A DNA stretch of 64,000 nt, taken from positions 190,196-254,195 of the forward strand of contig WELA01002119.1 of the NCBI GenBank assembly GCA_009602735.1. The letters run 5' to 3'. The stretch comes from Mesotaenium endlicherianum (Eukaryota). Positions 25,282 to 35,428 of this stretch are shown one piece after another. The position numbers were made by a program, and so were the translations under genes. The notes below the pieces were generated by a model that saw only the letters and a list, made by a program, of their open reading frames with translations, was not told where the DNA came from and made no database searches. Within the stretch, counting starts at the first letter, position 1. The number at the start of each line of letters is the position of its first letter.

Positions 25282-27564
25282 TGTAATGAATCAGTATATT
25301 AGTGGATATAATATTCATTTAAATATAATAGTTAATCAAGTTCAGCCTGCTGAACTTTAGTTAGTAGTCAGTATGCTGGACTTTACAAAATTATCAGTTT
25401 AATGATTCAGCCGGAAGCAGCAGGCTGAAGTCCATATAAGTCAGCTTGCTGACCCATTCTTTGACAGCCAGCTGACTTCCGTACTCGGTAGCAGCGAACT
25501 GCCTTGATATGCATCTAAGTGCGATATGCTAGATGAATAGCCAGATGACATCCCTATGATGGATGGCTATTCGGGATGATGGGAGATGGCGGTGGATTTG
25601 GTTAACCGAGGTCCTACCAACGTGGTTAACTCCCGGGTAGGCGGTGCCATCGCACTGACCGTTGAACAGTAAACTCATTCTATGTACATATGCTAGGCAT
25701 TGCCCTCGAGTTTGGCATTCGGAAACGAGGCATTCGGAACCCGTACCTATTCTGAAGCAGTAGCAGATACTGCAGCTAGGGAGGCTGCAAATGAGGCAGC
25801 TGCTATTGCCGCAGTCGCAACTCAGCAAGCTGAGGAGGAGAGAGCCAGGCTAGAAGCTGAACAAGTAGCAAAGGCCGCTGAAGATGCAAAAAGGAGGGAA
25901 AGACAGCCAGCTGAAGAGCGCACTGTCGAGGAACTCATGGCATCAACGGCCAATGTTCTGAACCCACCCCCTGCTGTACAACTCAACGTACCCCTAGGTC
26001 AAATACGTGACCGGCTGAATGCGGCAGGAATTGCTGCTGCAGGAGCGAGAGGGACTGTTGAGGATACTACTCAGCGAGTAGATGCCAATGCTGCTGCTGC
26101 ATTTGCTAATCTACCACCCCACAGTGTAGACTTGGGAGCATTGTTCGTTCAGATGCAGTCGTAAATGGCGACCATGTATCAGTCCCAGCAGGAGGACAAA
26201 AGAATCATAATGTCCCCACTGCGGGATTGAGACCAACTGGGGTCTCACACCACTAGTGGTGGTGGCCGAGGGCCTAGTAAGCCCAAGCCGAAACCTCCCC
26301 AGGACTATGATCCTGAGGGAAACAGAAAATATTACCTGATCAAGTTTCTCGCGGATGTTGAGCAGTGGCTGGAGAACTACCCAGAACTGCAAGATTACGA
26401 GAAGGTCAGGCACACCGGTGCGCTACTGAAAGGCAGTGCCGCAGACTGGTGGCTTTACTGGAAGGAAGAGCGTAAGGCTCGGCAACTCGGTGACCCTACG
26501 TGGGTAGAGTTTGTCGAGAAGTTGCATGAGAAGTTTGATGTCATCAACCAGCAGGAGAAAGCTATCTATGCGATGATCTCCCTGACACTGAAGCAGACCA
26601 CTTCAGTTGCTGAGTTTGCTCAAAAGTTCCAAGAGAACATGATGAAGCAGCCGGATTTGCCAGAACGGTATAGGATAGCATACTTCAGGTATGGCTTGAA
26701 ATCCGAGGTCTCTGGTCATTTTGCTGAGAAAAAGTATGAGAAACTGGCTGACTTGATCCAGGATGCTGACGCCTGGGATCAGCAGCAGTTCAATCACAAG
26801 CGCCAGAGTAACGCTTTGGTGTCTAAGATTGTCAAAAAGCCCCACGGTTCCTACAATGCAGTTGAAGGAGACCAGGCTGAGGATAATTAGGGTGATGAAT
26901 ATGAGTATGAGTACAATGCTATTCAGTCTAGAGGTACAGATGGTCCCTCTCGAGGTGGCTATGGAAGGGGTGGTGGTAGGACTAAGCCGAGACCAGCCTC
27001 AGCAAAATCTACTTGCTACCATTGTCAGCAGAAAGGCCACTACAGAGAAGCACCTGCCTAAGGTCGAGAGAAAAGACCAGCCTTTAAAAGACAGCAACAG
27101 TCAGTAATCCAGTTCACTGACTGTGAGGATGCTAGAGATAGTGAGTCGTCACTAGCTGCCCTCGTAGCAGGTATTATGGGTCCTGCTGAACTGGATTCAC
27201 TATGCATGCCTGACAAACAGATAAAGAGCTGCTAGCTATTATTCATGTATTCAAACAGTGGAGAGCATACTTACATGGTAAAGCTTTTAAGGTGATTACA
27301 GATCATCTAGCTCTGACCCACTTTCAGAAGAAGTCCAAGCTGTCGAGGAGGGAGAACCGCTGGAGCCATATGCTGGAGCAGTTCCAAGTCCAGATCGACT
27401 ACAAACCAGGGAAGTTGAATCGTGCTGATGCACTCTCTAGAAGACCTGACCTGCAAGAAAGGAATTTTAGTCAGCATGCTGTAGATAAAGTCCTGTGTGC
27501 ACTCACTTCGCTAAAGGTGAAAAAGTCCTTCTTTGAACAACTTAAGAAAGCCTACCTTTCTGAC
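25282..27564 (+). mobile_element. Family-B copy B3: partial LTR, decayed gag, internally deleted pol
   Basis: LTR 25282-~25730 is fused directly into gag (PBS and ATG lost). gag has in-frame stops. The frameshift site is retained (27083-27089). The pol start is joined to RNase H at GATAAAG (27220-27226). Confidence 0.9.
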
Positions 27565-29085
27565 TTCTCAAAGATCATTAAAGTGACCCAAAAGGTGGAT
27601 ACCTTGAATTTCAAACATTCATTGCCTTCATCTTCACGAGTACCGACGACGCGGGTGTGCGCAACCCCTTCCACATCCGAATCTGGACCACACCCATGGA
27701 AATTGGAGCCATAAGAAAAGACCCCGCGGCTGCCCGGAAGAGTGGAACACCCTCCGATGACACTTATGATGCAAAAAACCAGCAAGGAGTGAAAGCAAGA
27801 CTCTCCCCGGCTGAAAAAGAGGCTCTGATGACGGTTGGACTATGCTTTTATTGTAAGGAAAAGAGCCATCGTGCACTCTCATGCCCCAAAAGGTTGTCAA
27901 AAAACGGACAGTGCCGGTTTGTCAGGAGCCTACCACTCTAAGACCCACTTCACGAGAAGACAACAAACCAAGTGAGATGGAGACCCCCGTTGAAAACCAC
28001 GTTCGATCCCCGATGAGTTTGAGAGGTAACCTTGGAGGAGAGAAGGTCCACATCTTGGTGGATAGCGGAGCTCAAGGCAACTTCATCGCTGCAGATTTTG
28101 CCACCAAGCACGGTATTACTATGCGAACTTTTGACAACGACGAGGAGATTATGATGCCCGATGGATTCTCCTATACTACCCCTTCCAAGAAGACGTACCC
28201 CTTGGCACTCTTTATCAAGTGCTTCAAGGATGAAGCAGTGTTCTCCCCCATGCAATTCGGCAAGTGCGACGTCATTCTAGGAACGCCTTGGTTGACCAAG
28301 CACAACCCCCAAGTTGATAGGAGGGACGGTACTATCAAGATCAAGAATGACATCACTTCAATTATCTGTATTTTGCGCGCAATCCAGAATATCCAGACCC
28401 GAGACATCAAGAAGCCGGCACACGAGATACTATTGTCCGCCCTCCAACTCAAAAGACTTGTGAGGAAGGGACACGGGCTTCTTTTGGCCTTGATCACGCC
28501 AAAAGACATCAAGAAAGACATCGAGAGTCAAGAAGGCAGCCCCCTTCCGAAGGAGGTACAAGAAGTATTGGAGGACTACAAAGAAGTATTCTCCCCGGAA
28601 TTGCCCAAGGGCTCACCCTCCAAGAGATTCGTAGACCACAAGATAGAGTTGGAGCCCGGAAGCAAGCCCATGTTTCGGCCTACGTTCAAGATGTCATACA
28701 CGGAGCTAGACAAAGTCAAGAAGCAAATCAAGGAGCTACTAGAGCATGGCTTCATTCGACCTAGCAAGTCGCCATTTGGAGCGCCGGTGCTATTTGTCAA
28801 GAAGAAGGATGGTACCTTGAGGATGTGTGTGGACTATCGCGCCCTCAACAAGATCACCATCAAAAATCGATATCCGCTGCCGCGCATGGATGAGCTCATG
28901 GACCGTCTGGTTGGAGCCAAGTACTTCACGAAGGTGGACTTGAAAAGCGACTACCACCAGATTTGTATCGCTGAACCTGACATAGAGAAAACGGCGTTCA
29001 GGATAAGATATGGACATTTTGAGTTCATGGTCCTGCCATTTGGACTCACCAATGCGCCAGCAATTTTCATGACTATGATGGACAA
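27565..29085 (+). mobile_element. Decayed Ty3/gypsy element C, 5' part: gag end, protease, RT N-terminal half
   Basis: PMEIG and zinc knuckle [14 protein letters not shown]; protease [40 protein letters not shown] to [11 protein letters not shown], cut at ~29085. Confidence 0.88.
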
Positions 29086-29629
29086 TTTCTTTTTCATACT
29101 AAATTTTGCATATTCTTTTCCCTTTCTCTTTTTCCCAACCATGTTGTGGTGTCATTTTCTAAGATGATATATTGAAATGGAGAAGTGAAAGGTAGATTTG
29201 CAACCAAGAATGTGAAGCATTAAAAAGCAATGCAATAAATATATTTTTTGAAGTTTCTCGGAATGTTTCTATAATAAAGGCAAAATAATATCACGAACAT
29301 GGAAGTAAGCGAGAAGCTGAAAAGAAAGGCAAGTCAAAATCAACACAAAGAGAGATGTTTATAACAAGATGATGTAAAGACTCGAACAAGCCGAGAATAG
29401 CACACAAAGTGGACATGATAAAAATGCCATGACACATCCAGAATGAAGCAATAAAGGGAAGTATTTTAATGTCGAATGGCGAGACCATCTACAAGACTAG
29501 CATGGCTGGTCCAAATGCAAAATTGCTTATTAATATCGGCAACGCATTATACAAGTAGTCCGCAACTATTTAAGCCTGATCTGCTATGAATGCCCAAAGC
29601 CACTAATTACAACATTGCTTAATGTGCTA

Positions 29630-29749
29630 ACAATTGGCGCGTGAGGTCCAGGTTGAACTTGCGGCCCAGGGTCGCCCTTGCAGGCTGCACTCAAAGTCGT
29701 CCTTGCTCTTGAACGGGATCAGCACCATCGCACACGTGTACTTGGCAGC
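29630..29749 (-). pseudogene. Captured exon fragment resembling the UTP14 C-terminus
   Basis: CAG acceptor then AAKYTCAMVLIPFKSKDDFECSLQ, frameshift, ATLGRKFNLDLT; resembles the Utp14 motif AKY....LPFPF.S...FE.S.R.PIGPE.N. Confidence 0.55.
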
Positions 29750-30469
29750 CTGCTCACACACGCGTGGCACTCATCAGACAGGCGTGCGCTCGACAGGCCC
29801 CCGATTAACCCTTGCATCTTAGTACTGTTGTGCATTAGTCAGAAATGGGAAGCTGATGCGGCGTGCTCTCTTGTTGCTTGCGCAACGGCGACCCTGCTGC
29901 CAGAAGCATTTGCAGAGGACGAGAGGGTCGCCTAGCGCACACAAACGGGTACGAGAAAATGGGCATCTCTTCAAACATGCACGCATAAGCGTGTCAGAAC
30001 AGGCTGTGTCTTGAGAGAGGACTTGAGAGAGAGAGTGTGAGAGAGAGAGAGAGAAAGCCAAGGAAGGCGAAGGACAAGAATCTTGACATCGAGAGCTTGA
30101 GGCCTGCTACTGATTGCCCCCCTTAAAGCAACCAGAGGCTTTTTAAAATCCTACCATGAAGAGGATCCCAACTCTAGAAACAAACAAAGCCCGTAGTGCT
30201 CACTTTCTGATTACACTGGTTGATAAGTAAAATGGCGAGGGACTGGCGTACAAGGGAGGAGGAGAGAAGGAGAACAGCACAGCTTCACGATACTCCATGC
30301 AAACTGGGTGAGGGCAAGGCAATGATGTCAAGAGAGGAAGATGAGGGGGAGGGCATTTGGTGTATGAGTTAGTTGGTACAAGGTGTGTGCAATGAACTCA
30401 TGTTCTCCACTGATTGGTATAAAGGTTCACTGTGAAGATGAAATTAGAGAAGTTTGGTGGGTGACTCAC

Positions 30470-30539
30470 CGTCCTTAATAAGCACCATGAAAGGGGAGAA
30501 GTCAAACTTGCAGATGAGGGCAATGAGCATGAAACCCAA
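30470..30539 (-). pseudogene. Captured exon of a plasma-membrane H+-ATPase (AHA type)
   Basis: [39 protein letters not shown] matches the AHA segment [28 protein letters not shown] with a small deletion. Confidence 0.8.
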
Positions 30540-31599
30540 CTGCAACAAGACAACGGGACGTCTTTCTGTTAGCATGTCTTCATACATTTCATGTAAGCCA
30601 AGTTACAAATAAACCCCTCTTCAATGAGCACAAAGAGACCCCTCTCAAAAACAAAAAATCGACTGCACGGAGGGAACACATTCTGTTAAATCAACTACCT
30701 ACTTCTTCTCTTCGCAACACATTATCTACCACCTGGCAACTTTGGCATCAACCCTTCTCCATCACCCTCCCTTTGGACACAAACCCATAACTTGCCCAAA
30801 TCCCTCCATCACACCTTTTATGCAGACAGAAGGTACAACCAGAATACCAGCTGCACTTAATTATTGAAATGTGCAGAGATGTGCACTTACCCAAGTGCAC
30901 CATACAAGCGGAGAGGCCTCGTCATCATAATTCCTGCACAGGCATGCACCCCACTGACTTACTTCTAAGGAATTAGCTCAGGAGCAAGAGCAAACTCAAT
31001 CAAGCTTAATCAACCTGAGAGAAATGGATTAAAAATCTACAACCTCGGCTAACGAAAAGCGAAAACCCGAGAGCGTAAAGGAATGCTAACATGCGTCAGT
31101 CCAAAACGAGCAGGTACTAACAGATCGAGAAACTCGTGAGCGGGAGCTAGAAGAAAACGTGTTCAACCAGCCCAAATGCTAGGTAGGTAAAAACGGAAGA
31201 AAGCCCGTGCAGGAGCTTTATCGAACTCGACCGAGCTTAATCAATCTAGGAGCGAGAAATAGACGAGCAAAAGGGGGAAGTGTCTTAAGGTGCAAGAACA
31301 AGCTTAGTAGTTAACGTGCAAAAACGAGCTTAACAGCTCGAGCGTAAAGTTAACAACGAGCCGAATCAGGCCGATCTAGAAGGCTGAGAATAATTGACAG
31401 CCTACATGCCTACGTCGAAATGTGTAGAATTTTGGCCATTGACGCTTCACGTTAACGAGCGACGTGTAAAATTTGGGTGTGACAAGTCCGCGCGTTGTGC
31501 ACCTTGAAGTTTGAGGCGTCCGAGCGTGCCACGATTAATCAAATGTGCCAATTCTTGCAGTTCGCGCGAACCGACTTAGTTTGCTTAGTTTAAGGAACT

Positions 31600-32900
31600 C
31601 AATACGGGGAAAACAAAAACGCCGTAACCCAGCAGAGATGTGTTCCTAATGAATTAGACCTCCGGCTCTTGCTTCTACGAAAAGCGCACAACAACCCTCT
31701 TGGAGGACACTTTGGGATCCTAAAGACCACGGGTGCTCTAGCCAGGACTTCTTGCTGGACAGGCATGTCTAAGCACGTCAAGGAGTACTGCAAGAGCTGT
31801 GACACATGCCAAAGAGTCAAGCCATCATCACAAATGGCGGGAGGACTCCTCCAACCACTACTAATCCCGGAAAGGCAATGGGCGGACATCTCAATGGACC
31901 TTATCGTGGACTTGCCCGTGACACCTCGAGGCCATAATGCAATACTCACGGTGGTGAACAGACTTACCAAGATAGCTCCTTTTATTCCCATGACGACGAA
32001 GTCTACAGCACCACAGCTTGCAAGACTCATCTTTGACAACATCTTTTGACTCCATGGACTACCATCAAGAATTTGGTCGGATTGAGATCCAAGATTCACA
32101 AGCCATTTCTGGAAAAATCTCTTCAAGAACTTGGATACATCGCTGGATATGTCTACTGCCTACCACCCGCAATCAGATGGGCAAATCAAGCTTATGAATC
32201 GTACCTTTAAGACCTCTCTAAAGGCCTACGTGTCTATCCTGGAGCAAGACTGGGACATGTACTTGACCCCTTTGGAGTTTGCCTACAACAACACTATGCG
32301 GGCCTCTACCCAAGAGTCCCCATTCTTCCTCAATTATGGCTTCTATCTGACCACGCCACAGAGCTTCACGGCTGGCCATGATGAAGTACCTGCAGCGGCA
32401 CATTTTATGGAGACATTAGAAGCAGCCCTTACAGCAGCAAAGAAAGCTCTACAATAGGCGTAAAATGCTCAAGCAAGAGTCGCAAACAGGCCCAGAAGAG
32501 AAATTACGTACAGAGTGGTTGACAACGTGTTACTATCATCCAAAAATATTTCTCTGAACAACAGGTCTGCCGGTTGCAAGTTCTTTCCCAAGTATTTGGG
32601 ACCCTTCAAATTATTCAGCAGGTCAACCACCTTTCAAGCTAGAACTTCCCCAGACTATACACATCGACCCCGTATTCCACGCTTCTCTCTTCAAGCCATA
32701 TGTTCAACCCGACAACAAGTTTCCAGGATGAGTGTCAACCCCACCAACCCCAACAATAGTGGATGATCATTTGGAGTACAAAGTAGAAGACATATTGGCT
32801 ATGAGAAATTTTAGGATACAGCAGCAATACTTGATCAAGTGGAAAGGATATCCAGATTCGGAGAATAGTTAGGTGGCGGCGCACTACCTTGACAAAAGTT
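31600..32900 (+). mobile_element. Decayed chromovirus integrase plus chromodomain (probably the 3' part of element C)
   Basis: H.NPLGGHFG..CKSCDTCQR, W.DISMDLIVDLP, STAYHPQSDGQ, LEFAYNN, KYLGPF, and chromodomain LEYKVEDILA..QQYLIKWKGYPDSENS, with stops. Confidence 0.85.
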
Positions 32901-33081
32901 CAGAGAAAGCTAAAACGCTTCCATGCCGCCAACCCCCATCTTCGACCAGCCCCAAGTCTCTCTACTAGAAGCCCAAAGACTTCAGGGAGGAATCCTGCCA
33001 CCATCAAGAAGCAGCAGAAGACCCCTTGATGGCAGCCTGCAAGAACAAAAAAGCGGAAAGATTGACATTAGACACTCCGTT

Positions 33082-33826
33082 TGTAATGAATCAGTATATT
33101 AGTAGATATAATATTCAGTTAAATATAATAGTTAATTTAGTTCAGCCTGCTGGACTTTAGTTAGTAGTCAGTCTGCTGAACTTTAGTTAGTAATCAGTCT
33201 GCTGGACTTTACATAATTATCAGTTTAATGACTCGGCCAAAAGCAGCAGGCTGAAGTCAACTTAAGTCAGCTTGCTGACACATTCTTTGACAGCCAGCTG
33301 ACTTCCGTGCTCGGTAGCAGCGAACTGCCTTGATATGCATCTAAGTACCACCTGCTAGTTGAATGGCCAGATGACATCCCCATGATGGATGGCTATTCGG
33401 GATGATGGGAGATGGCGGTGGATTTGGTTAACCGAGGTCCTACCAACGTGGTTAACTCCCGGGTAGGCGGTGCCATCGCACTGACCGTTGAACAGTAAAC
33501 TCATTCCATGTACATATGCTAGGCATTGCTCTCGAGTTCGGCATTCGGAAACGAGGCCAACTCTCTTGTACAGCTTACTGAGAGAGATCTGAATCCAAGG
33601 CGAGAAGCCATTGATACGCACTGTCTTCTAACCTTGCTTATGTATGAGTTTACTGATTTGCATCATTGATGCTAGTTTACTCGCATTTGACTTACGAGTA
33701 TTATTCCCTGCTAGTGTATTGTCCTTTGCCGTTTAACTAGTTAACGGAAATACCATAAAGATTACTTGCTGATATAAAGATCTTTATTAATTGTTAATCG
33801 CCTATTTGGTAAGTCGATTCATTTCA
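33082..33826 (+). repeat. 5' LTR of B4
   Basis: TGTAATGAATC...GATTCATTTCA; direct repeat of 41182-41899 with one extra ~26-bp internal unit. Confidence 0.95.
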
Positions 33827-33827
33827 G

Positions 33828-33839
33828 TGGTATCGGAGC
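33828..33839 (+). promoter_or_regulatory. Primer binding site, initiator tRNA-Met type
   Basis: TGGTATCGGAGC, 1 nt after the LTR; canonical plant iMet PBS is TGGTATCAGAGC. Confidence 0.85.
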
Positions 33840-33860
33840 AGTTATCACAGTCTTCTTTGT

Positions 33861-35339
33861 ATGGTAAGGACAAGGTCTCAAACTAGCAACTCCCGAGACA
33901 TGGAGAACCAGGATAACGAGAATGTCGAAAACCAGGCGGAAAGCCATGTAGCGGGAAACCGTACCTATTCGGAAGCAGTAGCGGATACTGCAGCTAGGGA
34001 GGCTGCAGATGAGGCAGCTGCTATTGCCTCAGTCGCAGCTCAGCAAGCTGAGGAGGAGATAGCCAGACTAGAAGCTGAACAAGTAGCAAAGGCCGCTGAA
34101 GATATACAAAGGAGGGAAGGACAGCCAGCTGACGAGCGCACTGTTGAAGAACTTATGGCATCAAGGGCCAATGTTCTGAACCCACCTCCTGCCGTACAAC
34201 TCAATGTACCCCTAGGTCAAATACGTGACCGGCTGAATGCGGCAGGAATTGCTGCTGCAGGAGCAAGAGGGATTGTTGAGGACACTACTCAGCGAGTAGA
34301 TGCCAATGCTGCTGCTGCATTTGCTAATCTACCACCCCAAAATGTAGACTTGGGAGCATTGTTCGTTCAGATGCAGTCGCAAATGGCGACCATGTATCAG
34401 TCCCAGCAGGAGGACAAAAGAATCATAATGTCCCTACTCCGGGACAGAGACCAACTGGGGTCTCACACCACTAGTGGTGGTGGCCGAGGGCCTAGTAAGC
34501 CCAAGCCGAAACCTCCCCAGGACTATGATCCTGAGGGAAACAGAAAATATTACCTGATCAAGTTTCTCGCGGATGTTGAGCAGTGGCTGGAGAACTACCC
34601 AGAACTGCAAGATTACGAGAAGGTCAGGCACACCGGTGCGCTACTGAAAGGCAGTGCCGCAGACTGGTGGCTTTACTGGAAGGAAGAGCGTAAGGCTCGG
34701 CAACTCGGTGACCCTACGTGGGTAGAGTTTGTCGAGAAGTTGCATGAGAAGTTTGATGTCATCAACCAGCAGGAGAAAGCTATCTATGCGATGATCTCCC
34801 TGACACTGAAGCAGACCACTTCAGTTGCTGAGTTTGCTCAAAAGTTCCAAGAGAACATGATGAAGCAGCCTGATTTGCCAGAACGGTATAGGATAGCATA
34901 CTTCAGGTATGGCTTGAAATCCGAGGTCTCTGGTCATTTTGCTGAGAAAAAGTATGAGAAACTGGCTGACTTGATCCAGGATGCTGACGCCTGGGATCAG
35001 CAGCAGTTCAATCACAAGCGCCAGAGTAACGCTTTGGTGTCTAAGATTGTCAAAAAGCCCCACGGTTCCTACAATGCAGTTGAAGGAGACCAGGCTGAGG
35101 ATAATCAGGGTGATGAATATGAGTATGAGTACAATGCTATTCAGTCTAGAGGTAGAGGTGGTCCCTCTCGAGGTGGCTATGGAAGGGGTGGTGGTAGGAC
35201 TAAGCCGAGACCAGCCTCAGCAAAATCTACTTGCTACCATTGTCAGCAGAAAGGCCACTACAGAGAACAGTGTCCGGTCAAGCACCTGCCTAAGGTCGAG
35301 AGAAAAGACCAGCCTTTAAAAGACAGCAACAGTCAGTAA
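33861..35339 (+). CDS. gag: Gag (492 aa)
   Basis: ATG just after the PBS; capsid-like [21 protein letters not shown] knuckle [14 protein letters not shown]. Confidence 0.93.
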   Translation: MVRTRSQTSNSRDMENQDNENVENQAESHVAGNRTYSEAVADTAAREAADEAAAIASVAAQQAEEEIARLEAEQVAKAAEDIQRREGQPADERTVEELMASRANVLNPPPAVQLNVPLGQIRDRLNAAGIAAAGARGIVEDTTQRVDANAAAAFANLPPQNVDLGALFVQMQSQMATMYQSQQEDKRIIMSLLRDRDQLGSHTTSGGGRGPSKPKPKPPQDYDPEGNRKYYLIKFLADVEQWLENYPELQDYEKVRHTGALLKGSAADWWLYWKEERKARQLGDPTWVEFVEKLHEKFDVINQQEKAIYAMISLTLKQTTSVAEFAQKFQENMMKQPDLPERYRIAYFRYGLKSEVSGHFAEKKYEKLADLIQDADAWDQQQFNHKRQSNALVSKIVKKPHGSYNAVEGDQAEDNQGDEYEYEYNAIQSRGRGGPSRGGYGRGGGRTKPRPASAKSTCYHCQQKGHYREQCPVKHLPKVERKDQPLKDSNSQ

Positions 35340-35428
35340 TCCAGTCTACTGACTGTGAGGATGCTAGAGATAGTGAGTCGTCACTAGCTGCCCTCGTAGC
35401 AGGTATTATGGGTCCTGCTGAACTGGAT
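35315..35428 (+). promoter_or_regulatory. -1 programmed ribosomal frameshift signal
   Basis: Slippery T-TTA-AAA (35315-35321) in gag phase, 7-nt spacer, perfect 10-bp stem ACAGTCAGTA/TACTGACTGT (35329-35356). The -1 frame is open from here into pol. Confidence 0.85.
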
